From the NCBI GenBank assembly GCA_000708835.1, contig DF237029.1, forward strand, positions 169,527 to 233,526: a stretch of DNA of 64,000 nt, given 5' to 3'. The DNA is from Klebsormidium nitens. Taxonomy: Eukaryota > Plantae > Klebsormidiophyceae. Positions 50,124 through 62,765 of this stretch are shown here, piece after piece; positions within the stretch are counted from its first letter, which is position 1, and each line of letters opens with the position of its first letter. Below the pieces are notes generated by a model, which was given only the letters and a program-made list of their open reading frames with translations, was not told the DNA's origin and did no database searches. The position numbers and the translations under genes are program-made.

Positions 50124-50865
50124 TTATCCAGGCGCAAGCTGGCCAGTCAAATTCCGCTCGCGGCAAGCGTTCCGCTCTGAGTGTCTCCGTTTTCACGCCA
50201 CGGGCGATTTACTCTTGCTCCTCCCTAAAATTGTACCGCCACGAAGTCTTATAAGGAAGGAACGAGGCCGGAATTCTCAAGGTGACCGTTGGCTGCCACT
50301 TTGGCAGCATTATTGCTGAGCACTGCACAGCACCCTGCAGGGCTTGGAGGGGCGCCTGGTGGCACGAGCATCATGCAGTACCTCTGGAAAAGCTAGCTCT
50401 CAAGTTCGTAATGTTGTTCAGGGCAAGAAATTAGGAAAATGCGGCTCTTGTGCCCTATGACTCTGAGCTGAGAATGCATTGCTAAGAATTGGAAAGAAGT
50501 GTTTTCCGCTTTTGTTCAGCAGAATGTTGTACCCAACGTGCCTTCCAGACTTTGTCCCGATAAGTCCACAGGGAGGCCCCTCTCGGGTTGAGGGAGCTTG
50601 AGCTCCTCCTTCCTTTGATCAACCTGGCTGTGCTTGACAATCAGAAGGCCCAATGCCCCCTTCCTGAGGTCCCCACAGCAGCTTCCTCATCAGCAACAAG
50701 ACAATGTGCATGCGTCAAATCGTTACTTCTAACGTGACACTGATGATACAGTCAGTGCTGCAAGGAACTACTTAGCTGGGCTGACTGCAGAAGACACTGA
50801 ACGCGTGTGTGTTCTTTGGGTAATTGTGGTTTTAAAGCCTGCATTGCATCTGGGCCAGCTCGGAG

Positions 50866-53800
50866 ATGGATCAAGAAGCCAGATGGCGGGCGGGCTGGAG
50901 GCCCCATGAGGAGTTTGTGGTAAGCTGATCGAACAAACTGGTGTAAGAAAATCTGGAAACCGCCATGGTGTGACAGTTGAATTGCCCCACAGCTGGTCTT
51001 TGATCAGGCAAATGTGGAGACAAGCGCCATTGAACATACATGACAGGACTGCAAACATTTACCAGCCTGAAATGCCAATGAGACTGAAAGGCAATTATAC
51101 TGGAAAATGTTGCTCTTCCACAGTGTCCCCCCTTGGACGGAGCACAAATTTCAAGCCACACACCCCTTTCACCATAAAGTCTGGATTATCTGCAGCTTGT
51201 ACTGCTCATCTTGATAACAAAGTTGTCTACGTTTCGTTTCAGGTCTTAAATGGTCCCCTCACCTGTCTGCAGAACATTCCCCTGAGGACTGACTGGCTGA
51301 GTGAGCTGCGGCGGCAGCATCCTTGGAAGGGGGATGGGCTTGTGGTTGTCAGCATGTTTGATGGAATGGGGGGCTGCTGGCAGGCCCTGAAAGCCCTCGG
51401 CATCCCCGTGAAGAAAGGCTACAGCTGCGAGATCGTAAGCCCCCACTGGCTCTGTTGCTTTGTTTCCTCTTGTTATCCTTACCCAACAGATATTGGCTAT
51501 GTTGAAATCCTCCTATGGGAAGCTCCAAGTGTCTGGTGTGTGAGCCCTGGCTAATGGGAGTTGTGGGCCTGGCTAATGGGAGTTGTGCCCAAACCTGACG
51601 TCTTTCGGTGGAACTGGGCGACAGAAGATGGTAAAAGGCCAAACAACTGCTTTTGATTAGACACACCCAAGAATGTGGCCAGCCGCAAGTATAGGAAGAC
51701 CAGCCTGTAATTGTGCAACGAGCTTTGTCATTACACTTGTGCTTTGATCCTTAGCCTTCATTTCCCTCCCTTCCCCCCCTTCTCAAATGCAGAAAGAGTT
51801 CGCCAACGCAGTGGTCAAAGAGCGCTTCCCCGATGTCATCCATCTTGGCAGCGTGACTGCGGTAACTCAAGACATGATCCCCGAACCGGTGGACTTGATT
51901 GTTGCTGGCTTCCCGTGCCAAGATCTCAGCAGCATGGGCAACCAGAGAGGGTATGCTCAATGACTTTTCTCTTGATCAGCTCTTATTGCTGGCTTCTGCC
52001 AGACACAAAAGACAAAGGAGGGGAAAAATAATGGAAAGACTGTTCTTCTTGTCCCCCAGTCTGCATCTTTGAATGGTTATAGATTACCTGCGACGCGCCA
52101 TGCCGTTTTCTGCTGTGCCAACTGCTCCTATGCTACCTTCAAGGCCACATGTTTATGCCAACTTCTCGGATAAGCATCATGGTTTGGGGGAAAGGCCAAC
52201 GAACCAATCTCTTTCCCACATTCTCTCCCTTCATCTGACCGTTCTTGTGCGGCTTCAAGAAACGCATTCAATAAACAATGGTGTGCATGTCTAGAAATGA
52301 ACGTATTTCTTCTGTGCGCAGGTTGCATGGGGCTCGCAGCGGGCTGTTCTTCCACATCCCGCGCTTCATCTCCATGTTTAAGGCCAAGTGGTGAGCTTCT
52401 CTTACAAGTTTTGAAAAAACTTGTAAGAATGTAAAGTTTTAACAGATACTAGCCCAAAACCTGAAGCAAGGGCCTCGGGAGCCTGGCCCGCTACCAGTCT
52501 TGATCCCCTGAGTGCCTCCTCCGGATCAGCTGACGTCATCAACAAAATTTGGATTTGGCAGAGCTTCACATCGTCTTGCGACAGCTACAGGTCTTAAAAG
52601 TCCCGAAGGCTCTTTCTTTAACCAGGAAGCAAGGACCTTTCCAGAGACATAGTGTAAACTGATAGCTCTCATGCTTTGGGACCCAATACCGTCTCACAGA
52701 TAATTTGCCACAGGCCGGACTTTGTCTTGTCTAATCAGCTCAAATCAACCTTCCGCCATTCTTCTTGCCAGGTTTCTTGTAGAAAACGTCAAGTGCCGGT
52801 GGCAAGACCAGGCAGAAATCACCAAGTACCTGCTCAACGTGCTGCCTCTGGAGCTGGACGCGGAAGAGCTGTCCCCGCAATCGCGCGTACGCAACTACTG
52901 GACCAACCTGCCGCTGCCACCAAACCTGCCGGGCATCCGGGACGCGCCCGAGACGTCAGTGCAGCATTTCCTCGAGAATGCGATTGCGCCATTCGTCAAG
53001 ACAGGAGTGAGTGGCTATGTCTTGAAGCGCCTGGTACCTCTGCGCATCAGTTGCTTGAAGCATTCAGTGATATGCCAATGGTTACCTATCCTTGATGTCG
53101 ACTGCTTTGGAGGCTTGCATCCAGTAATAGTCCTAGGTATGGTTGCCTGCCTTTAAGTGAGAGGAGTGTTGCATCCTGGAACGACAACGGCTGGATCATG
53201 AGTCGGATTTCCGAAACTTGCCAAGAAATTCCTCAGCTGACATGCTTCGAACGCTAGCCGTCTTCATCTCTCGTATCAAAGGAAACCGTTCAATCATGAC
53301 CTAAGTTCGCCTGCTTCGGACGTCGCTTATCTTCTCTTCTGATGGACTCACAATTGTCTCCCTTTACTTTCTCCAGACGGTCATGACAACCAACAACGAC
53401 GCCAACACGAGCAACTGCGCTCTGAAGAGCATCTACGACCTGGCATCCGGGGGCGCTCGCTACCTGGAAGTAGAGGAGATTGAAGCCATGATGGGCTACT
53501 CCGCCGGCTACTCAAAAATCCCGTACAACAAGCACGGCTGCATACTCCCGTTCTCCAGCTCGAAGAAGCAGTCCGGGCGCCGGCGTTGCTCGCAGGGGGG
53601 TGCCAGCGAGGGGGCGAACGGGGGGGGTGCGGAGGGGCCGCCTCAGAAACGGCTAAAGTTTGAGGAGGGGGGGGCGAGCGGCACAGAGGCGGGGGCGGAA
53701 AAGGAGGCAGAATGCGACGGGGCGCAGGTGGGCAAAGAAGAACCGACAGGGGACGAACTAGGGAAGGGAATAATCGCGTTGAGCAGCGACGAGGACGATG

Positions 53801-56800
53801 TCGTGTTCCAAGGGGAGGCGGCTGCGGTTGAGGAAGGGGAAGACCTACCGGGGGGACATTCCGCAGAGGGGGATGTGGGGGCGAACGAACCCCCCGGAAA
53901 AAGTGCCCTCCCGCTCACTTGGCTCGGGATGGGGGCGCAAGGGGGCCCTGACGAGGCCGGGAGTTCGGGTCTGAGCAACGAGGAGAAGAGTGTGGGGGGT
54001 GGAGAGAAGTCACCCGGATATGGGCTGAGGGCGCGCAAGCCCGTCAACTATGCTGCGGAACATGTCGAGATCGATGACGTCAGCCCGGGACGAAGGCCGA
54101 CGCCAAAGAGACGGTAGGTTTCTTCGTTGAAAGTTTCTACAACCTGCTGTCTCGACCCTCTCGACAATCGTTCCAACCAAGAACCGAACGTTGTGCAGGT
54201 TGCAATGCAAATCTGTCTGGTCCTGCTTGGATTCTGCCCAGCCTTGCAGAGTCAGCCGACTCTCAGAAAGGTTCCGCACCTTTCGTCCCTTGCCACACGA
54301 AACGGTGTGGTCTGGAAATCTCCGGGTTCTTTGCACGCTCTAACTTGGTTGATGGCCATTCGCAGGTCCCAAAGCACTCCCCGCCGCAAGTTGCTTTCTC
54401 CTGGCTCAAGTGGGGAGGCCCTGTTTGCCACCAAGGATCTCCGCTGGGAGCTGCTGGGGAACAGCTTTGTGGTGAGCGTGCCTACAACAGGGCCCTTTAT
54501 GTTTCACTCCTTTCTGCTTGGAATTGCCGACTGGGAGCCCTGGCAATTGACCTATGTCAGCGTCGATCGTCTGCTGCTAGATCTACTTGTAGAGTATATG
54601 TGAGCCGTTGCTAAAGCACAGTCCTCCTTTGTCGTGAGTTCATAGGCAGTTTTGCAATCGTCCTTCGTCTCCAGTGCTGCAATTCATCTAATACCGCCAA
54701 TGAGGCGTTGTACATACTCACTTGCATCAGGTTTTCCAGTGTCCAGTCATTGAGGTTCTCCAGGAGCTGACAATCCGCTTCTAAAACGAATCGTGAAACG
54801 AGCCAAACGCGACTGTTTGCAGGTCCCGTGCATTGCATACATGCTGTCGCAGCTCCTGAGCCCCCAGCTGCGCGCGCGGGCCCAGCGCATCATGGCAATC
54901 CCAACGCCGGACGTAAAGGACGCGTGCCTCTTCAAGGAAGGCGAGGTGAGGGCCGAGGACCCTTTCTTTGCAACACCTGTCAGTATCCCGTTGATAAGTA
55001 GTCCCCTTATTCCAACCTGCTGCCTCTGACTACTGCTCGTTTCGGGTGCCCTGAAGCTCGTTGCCTGCCTATGTCGCTAGTGTTGCCTCCACTTTTCAAT
55101 AATTTTGCCGGCCCCCGAGCGGACACCGCAGGAGGTTTCCCATGCTTAGTTGAAGGGGCGGTTGTAGAAGGACCCCGTCCTACTTTCCAACCGCAGAACG
55201 CACGGTTTTTGAAGTCGGTGCAACTGTCCACGGCTGACCGGAAGACGCTCTGTTAACCATCTGTTAAGCATCTGCTCGTCCCGCAGGTATGGGCGCTTTA
55301 CAACGAGGACATGGCGCCGAACTGGTACGCATGCGTGACCCACGTCGACGTTACCCAGCCTGACTGGGACGGCCGCAAGAAGCTCCCCACCCAGTTCGGC
55401 GTGCACTAGTGAGCGCACAATCTTTGTTAAGCGAGTTGACCAGTTGCTTTTTATGATGATGTGTTCTTCGTCCGCTTGCCAGTGTGCTTGAGTAAGCGTG
55501 CAGTTGCACTCGGTGAGCTGAACTGTCTGGTGTGAACCGCTGGGCCGTTTGATGGATGTGCCGTGCCCATAAAAGGCCACTGCTTCGAGACCTATTTCAA
55601 AGGAAAGGTGATTGTTGGTTCTTAAAGACGGAGAAGGTAGCCTGGTGTGTTTCTCCAGTTGATTAGATAACCGAGGCAGCATAAGGGCCACCTTTATGGT
55701 CGCCTAAGCGGACCTGTCTTTTTGCTGCTTCCGTGACTCACTTCGGTCACAGCTTACCAGCTGTCAGGCTCTATGGAACTGAAGTACGGCTCTACTCGAC
55801 ACACACTGTCTTACGACCGGCTGGCGTGGTTCGCAATCGTTCGCAATGTTGAAACTTGCGCGAACTTCGCTTGATCAATCACCAAAGGTGGCCGTTCCGA
55901 ATCAACTCTCCGATTAAGACTCTCGTCAGATGCGGTCTTTGAGCCGGGGCTTGCTTCCATCTCAGATCCCTGGTTTCTGATCCGACTTTCTGTCTTCGGC
56001 CTCCCGAGTTCACTGAAGCACTTGATTTACTGGGAGCTTCATTAACATGACGTGAAGCGTAGGAGATTCTTACGCCCAGTTCTCACCCGGCTCCGACTCA
56101 GTCCACTTGGCGCCTTTTCGCAGCCGCTTCTATGAGTATCTCCCCAGCAGCGAGAACCCGAAGTCCCCCATACAAGGGGTGGGCATTCTGAAGCTGGCAT
56201 GCGAGGATTACACCAGCGTCGACAAGGCCTTTTCACACCGGGTGAATCCTGCGCACCTGGAGGGGGGGCGCATCCTGGTGTACCCGCGGGGGGGGGAAGT
56301 GTGGGTGGTCAAGGACAGGCTGAGGAAGTTTGGGAGGTTCAAGCTGCACGTGGTGAGCGCATTGCTCCGGCTCGAAACTCTGCTGACCGGCAGAATGGAT
56401 GTGGGTTGACATAAAATCTTCATGTCAGAGTTTTTGACGTTCGCTTACGCTGAAGTCCATTTTGCCACTGCGAGCAGTTGACTTTATGCTCGAGTTGCAG
56501 AGTGGAGGATGGTATCAAAAGGCTTGGAACAGGGTTTGATGTCTCGACTGTGCTCCGTACAGACCGGCTGACGTCAGAGGAGTACTCGGAGCTGACACAT
56601 GCTTCTTTCCGATGCTCTCGTCAGTTTTCCTTTCCACTCACCACCCAGTAGTTCGTTCCAAATCGTGCCAGGAGTGCTCATTCATGGGCATGTCCCTCTT
56701 GCACTCCCTTATCCTGCATTGGAGAAGCCAAGCACGTAATTTCGACCAGCCCCTCCAACAAACCGCGTTTCGTGGCGTATCTTTGCCCCCTTTTGATGTA

Positions 56801-58580
56801 GTCACAGACTGCTCGTGTCTTCAGGATTCGCCGTACCCAACCTCTGTTTTCAGGACTACAGCTTTCTGAAGACTTCGCCTCTGGCTCCGGACTGTAATTC
56901 ATATTTCATAGACCACATGACATTCACCGAGCAGCAAAAATTGGTGGACTGGTCTTTGCATGTATTGAGTTTCAACACTGTGTGTTCCTCGTGCTTGCAG
57001 TACATTGTGAAGAGCACGGCCGACCCTTTGACGGGCCAGTTTGAGTGCACCATCAGGATCCTCGTATCGCAGCCCAGGTCCACGTCAAAGACGCCCATCT
57101 ACAGGTAAGCGGGCAGAGCCAGTAGCCTTCTCTGAATAAAATTGGTGATCTTTCTGCGAGGATAGATGCTTGTCAAAAGTAATTAGTGAATTGGCAGAAT
57201 GAGAAAACGCATAAGAGACAATACCTGCGCCGCCACGGGCGTACTCCAGATTGTAAAAGGAACAGTCCGCTAGGAGTATTTCGAGGAGAAGCGCTGCAAG
57301 AGGCGCATGGTGTCTCTCAGAGCAGCTTTTAGAAGCCTCATTCAATTACGGTCTGAAAGCTCGATCGTACCAGGGAAGGCTTGGGGCGCTGCTCCTGAGT
57401 TACAGAATGCAGCAAAATGTTTCAATCCAAGTATACAGAGCGCTCTTTTCTGGAAACTATGCCGGCTTTGACTGCGAACTGCCTTCATTAAGAGTCACTG
57501 GTGTACCTTCCAGTACTCTTCGTCACAGCCCACCTTCCCAGTACTCTTCGTCACAGCCCCCAATGCGATCCGGTAACAATTTGGGAGGTTTTGAAAGGGT
57601 CCTAAGTGTGACCGTCCGCGCGCAGGATGGCGGGCGGGGAGCGCGTCCTGAGCGGCGGCCGCACCGTGTTTTCGTACCAGGTGCCGTACTTTTTCAAGAA
57701 CGAGGCGGGGCTGTTTTACGTGGAGCCGCAGTACGACCAGACGGTGGCCATGAGGCGGCGGCGCCTCCTCGAGTGGGACGACGACGAGGATGACGTGGCA
57801 GCCGAGGAGGAGGAACTAGGGCGGGGGGAAGAGGTGCTGGAGCCGGAGGCGGAGGTGAGGGACGACTCGGCCTTCAAAAAATGACAATGCGCACGCAGGT
57901 GCATTTGGAGTTTGATGTCAGAGAGCTACGGAAACAGTCGCCGGATCATCTGTGCAGTCAAAATTGAATCGGACCGCACTGCAATGGGTTCTGCAAGAGC
58001 ATGTGGTCACACCGAGCCAGATCTGGAGAAGAAGAGGTGGGCCTTCTGGAACGTAGGTAACGGCAGCTGAGGTTCCTCTCTAGTGCCAGCATAGATAGAG
58101 CTTCCGGTGAATAGTCGCTGCCTGCGTAACGTCGTTCCGATCTGGTCACAGGCAGGCTCCATTCATTGTGGACACCGTTCATCTATCTGCATCCCGCTTC
58201 AAAGAATGCTTTTCCTATTGCTGCAGTATCCGGCAAGCTTCCCGGAGACCGAGTCAGCGCAGAAGCTCCCAACACTCGCCGAGTATGCACCCACCTCGCA
58301 AGCGCTTCAACTTGTTGCCCCTGACGCAAAACTCCCACAACTGAACGCCTTGGAGGACCAGAACGGCGGACCTGCGCAAAGTTCGGCACAGGCCCCTGCT
58401 ATCGAACAGGCCCTGGCAAGTCGAAAGGGTAAGGAGAAGATTGACGTCAGCGATAGCAAGGCGCAGGCTGATGACGTGGCAGGCGTTCTACCGTCCGAGG
58501 GGCGTGGCCTCCTGGAAGAACGAACCGTTTTGAAATGCCGCGACATCCACGTGCTTATGGATCTGCTCCCACGACTTTGA
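50866..58580 (+). CDS. DNMT3: DNMT3-type C5 DNA methyltransferase with C-terminal DUF3444 domain
   Basis: Exons 50866?-50919, 51273-51434, 51793-51950, 52322-52390, 52772-53006, 53377-54113, 54366-54471, 54824-54945, 55288-55388, 56124-56352, 57001-57104, 57626-57854 (or to stop 57884), 58227-58580. MTase motifs SMFDGMGG (I), DLIVAGFPCQDLS (IV), FLVENV (VI), RVRNYWTNLP (VIII), EEIEAMMGYSAGYS (IX), RWELLGNSFVV (X). DUF3444-like GEVWALY..APNWYACV, FSHRV, YPRGGEVWV, FSYQVP. First and last exons are less certain. Confidence 0.86.
51547..51587. repeat. Intronic direct duplication
   Basis: cctggctaatgggagttgtg occurs twice in tandem. Confidence 0.7.
57505..57560. repeat. Intronic 28-bp-period duplication
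   Basis: cagtactcttcgtcacagccc at 57511 and 57539. Confidence 0.75.
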
Positions 58581-60731
58581 CTCCCTCTGATTTGAACAAC
58601 GTACTGCTCGGGGGTCTCTGCGGTCGTTGATGGCAAGCCATATTTAACATGAGCAGACGATGACTGACTAGAAGCTAGAGCGATCAAGAATGCAGATTGC
58701 TAGACGTTAGCCCACCTTAGATGTGACAGTAGAAGATCCGGCCACGTGCAATGAGTTTGGGAAAGCAGTGAGGTCTAGAATTGTTCTTTGACTCCAATCA
58801 CAACCGACTTACGGCAAACATGAAGATGACAGATGACGGACCTTTATTTCAGGTTTAGCTTGAGCTGTCTCAGTCTATTCGATGCCGAGATCAAAAAAGT
58901 TGTATGATTCAGATGTCTGATCATGAGACATGTTTGAGTTACCTATACGATTAACGTGGTGCAAAATCTGACGGGTAAAAAATTCAAAACCTGAAAACCT
59001 CTAGCTAGCTAGGCCACTAGCTGCATCGAAGATACACACGACCACATGCAGTATGTACCAGCTACCAGCCATACGGGCACAATACTAGTGCACTAAAGAT
59101 TCGTTGTCACCGTCAAGACATCATTGCTTACATGTGCCGCGCGGAATTTGCAATCATCAGTCTTCAGATACTGGTGTATATAGCGGGGCCCCAAAACAAC
59201 CATATGATAATTTTCAGTATTGCTTTGCCTACGAAGCTGTTGGGTGGCATGCCTAGCAATGACCCAAGGCCCGGGGCGCCCGCTCTGACAGTCCATTGAA
59301 GCCTTTTAACCATAACAATAAACAACTTGTATACTGGCAATGCTTTGCCCCTAGCTCTGATAATGCAATTTGTGATCGTCCACCAGCTTTAACGGCTTGG
59401 ATGCATTCTTGTCGAAGCCGGCCGAATCGGACTTGAGCCACAATCTGGCCCATCGTGGCCGTCGAAACAGGATCCTTTTTAGGCACGAAAGCACTGCACC
59501 ATCTCACGCGGAGATCGGATACCGCGGCGAGTTGGTTATGATCGTTTGACTTCGGAGGTTGCCCAAAGTACGGTTGGGGAACTCCTCGAAGGGCGGCAGA
59601 ATGTGCACATTTTTGCCATATGCCGCGCTCTCGGGAACGCAGAGACATATGTCGACATGCCACGCGGCCCTGCTCAAGAGAGCAGGCTTCTTTTTGGGCA
59701 CCGCCCTGCTTGGGGCAGAGCCAGTAGGGCCCAGTACCCCATCTTCAGAGACCAGACACGGTGCTCAAAGTGCTGATTTAAAAGGTGAACCGAATCCCCA
59801 GTTGCAGCATCCCATTCCTCGAGGCACAGCAAAACCACAAGCTTCTACCTTGCAACTCCAAGCTGCCACTCCACTGCGTCTACTTGCGACAGACTCGCTT
59901 CCATCTCATCACCACTGGCTCATCACCAGCAAGTACTCCCATTCTTCTTCCGTTGACAACCATCCCCAAGGCTTCACGCCCAGAGTTCAACGAAGAGCTT
60001 TGCGCTTCTGACAGTCCCTGATCCTGTACTGCTGTCAATTGGCTTTTGACTCGCGCATTCAAGGCTCAAAGGTTCTCAGGTAAATCCAGTCCTCTGCTTC
60101 ATTTGTGACCTTTTTTGAGCCTGCTTAGCTTGCTCTTACTCGTTTGATACACTATCGACCCTGTCCTTGATGGCAGCAGTGACTTTGGATGCATCCCATA
60201 GCCAGAAGGACTTCAAACTGTGCTTACTTGATTACAACTTGCCAGCTTTTCTGCTTTGATTGCTAGTTTGATAGTCTGGACAGAACAACTTTGGTTCCTG
60301 GAATGATGATTCAGCCCCAGGAAGACTGGACCTGTAATCAGTGCGCCACAATACTCAGAAGCGAGGGGAAAGTATTTGAGATTCAAAAGCAACTGAAAGA
60401 GACTTGGGCATAGCTTTCAAGGTTGTATATCAGAGGGATCTCGCTTATACAGTACCGCAGGAAGTGGAGCGACCCTGATGCTGGTCCAAACAATGTCTGG
60501 ATGCGCAGATGCAAGGTTTCTGGGACTGAGTGTCATGAGAATATCAGACAAGCAGAAGAGTATAGACAGATTCAAAGGTTGCAGCAAGGCGAGGACGTGC
60601 TCCATCCAATCTTTCTTCAATCTCAGCTGGAAAGAGTCTGCTCCGTATCCCTAAGCATTCATCAGCAACTTTATATGGTCAAGCCCCTGGATGAAGGTCT
60701 AAGCCTGCTCTTTTCTCCTGCAGGCATCAAG

Positions 60732-61501
60732 ATGAGTACCCGCACAGTCGCTGTCCTCCTCGTGGCGGTCTGCCTCCCCTTCCTAGTTGCGGGGCAAGCC
60801 CCCGCTCCCGCTCCCGCTAAGCCTGCTGGTCCGGGCGGCCGCCCTCATGGCACCATGAACGGGAGCCTCCCCCTGAATGGGACGCTCCCAGACCGTGAAA
60901 GCTACTTCAATGGAACGCTGCCGTTCAACGGAACCTTCAACGGGACGATGCCTCCTTTCAGAAACGGCAGTGAGCCTGGTGAGTGACTGCAGATTGTCAA
61001 GGATGAATGACTGGGGCTCTCTGGGTTGCACAATGCTAGGATGCGTGGTCACATGCTTTTGAGCTTCTCAGCTTGGAATCTCTGAAGGTCCTGCTTGATG
61101 TAGAGTTTCGAGTACAAGTCTGCTTGGCTTTGATCCTGGCACTTTGAGCTTCGTCATCCGTCGAAGGTGCCTCTCCAGAATGACCTGGCCTTCCAGTCAC
61201 CCCCTTGAATTAAATTTTTAAGAGAAATTGCAAGGTCCGTAGCCTCCTTCTAAACTCTTCTTTGTTATGCACTAACCGACTCCTCTTTCTCTACTTCCCA
61301 GGTATGGGACGCAGAGGAGGTCCCGGAAGCCCCATGGGTGCGCCGTTTGGCGCCCCCCGCGGGGCACCCCCCAACATGACCAACTTCAACTTCACCGGTC
61401 TTAATGGGACCTTCCCCTGCAGGCCCCGCGGCGGGCCTCGCAACAACCAGACCGCCACCCCGACCACCACCCCGACCCCCACACCGACTTCAACCGCATA
61501 A
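60732..61501 (+). CDS. Small secreted Pro/Gly/Thr-rich glycoprotein, ~148 aa, AGP-like with many N-glycosylation sequons
   Basis: Exons 60732-60978 and 61302-61501 join in frame (447 nt; GTGAGT donor, ACTAAC branch point, CAG acceptor). Signal-peptide-like MSTRTVAVLLVAVCLPFLVAG, then QAPAPAPA, NG(S/T) repeats and a TPTTTPTPTPT tail. Confidence 0.8.
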
Positions 61502-62712
61502 GGTACGGGAAAGGCTCATACGTGCACGTTCTGTACTATGTGCAGAATTGTTGGGTTTATGGCGGTGCTGTCTCAATCGAGCGAGTCATGCAACTGGTTA
61601 TGCACGAAACGTGGTCGAGTTTCGTTCAAGAGTCCTGAAAGCACACTGAGCAAATCACGACGTATTGCGTGAATGTCAAAGTGACGGCTCTTTCCTCAGG
61701 TGCCCGTCTTAGTGTTTGGAGCTCTGCCGAGTGCAGAAGAACTTAGGCTAGCGTCAGAGTTGAATCCAGCAATTTGTTGAAAGCTGTGGGGAACCGGGGC
61801 GTTGTAACGAGCTCCTGCTCCTGTGCCGTTGATACCAGCTTGGCGTGCTTGATCGTTGAGAATACCAGACGAATGAGCTCAGATTGACAAGCGTATCATC
61901 AGCGAATACTCACAGATTTTCTCGTGACACGCAGGCGGCCAAGCACGGTGGACTCTAACGTTTCACGGAGCGGACATCACAGCGTGTAAAAGCGATCCTG
62001 CTAAGACTCGCGTTTACCCATTGTGATCAGGCTGCTGAGACTCGTTGTCGGTTAGCATTTAGCAGTAGGTGCATTTCAACGAGGAGCTAAGCGTGCAAAA
62101 CGCCTTGCCTTAACGACTCAAGTGTTACGTTTTCGAAAACCATTCACTTGCATCCAGCTTATAAAGCTGAGTCGACTTTACCGTTGCTTGTGTAGGCTAA
62201 AGTCTATCTCAACACTTGAAGATGATCCTGGAGAATTTTGATCTGCAGAGTTTGATAAAAGACCCGGCCAGTGTGGAGCTTTATTTTGTTGATTGAGTGA
62301 AGCAAGGCCTCAAGGCTGGCTTAACGTTCCGAGACCTTTGCTTTCATTACGAACTTCTTAAGCGATCGTTGCAGATATATTATATCTGCAGCCCATGCGC
62401 AGTCCTCAGTTTAACTGCCAGCAATCAACGAGAGCGGCGCCTTTGATCGACGCGAATCGGCTGTCACTCCGCTTGAATACATCAGTACGTAGATCAGCTC
62501 AGTTCGACAAGTCAGTCATGCAGGCCTGCCGGCATGCATTTCTGTCAGTATCGTACTGGTCATCAACTTTAAAGTCTGGCGCCGGCAGTGAGATAAAGAA
62601 AAAAACCGGCATATGCATATGATCTCATGCAGAGGTTTTCACCTTGCCATGTAAGTAAAATAACGTAGTTTCAATCACAATGTCGGTACTATGGCTGTGC
62701 ACCAGCCGGTGC

Positions 62713-62765
62713 AGCTGCAAACTTGGTCAAACGGTGCTGCGCAAACGGTGCTGCAAACGGTGGCG
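62713..62765. repeat. Short tandem repeat caaacggtg (three copies)
   Basis: caaacggtgctgcg caaacggtgctg caaacggtg. Confidence 0.6.

Noticed and set aside
59093-60011. Cluster of 60-150 aa ORFs on both strands, one faintly OB-fold-like (VGELLEGRQNVHIFAIC)
   Set aside because: Similarity is too weak and short, with no consistent exon structure; an HMM search would be needed.
60423-60731. In-frame N-terminal extension of the secreted protein ORF
   Set aside because: A pyrimidine tract plus CTGCAG just before the ATG suggests a 5'UTR intron acceptor, and the signal peptide begins at 60732.
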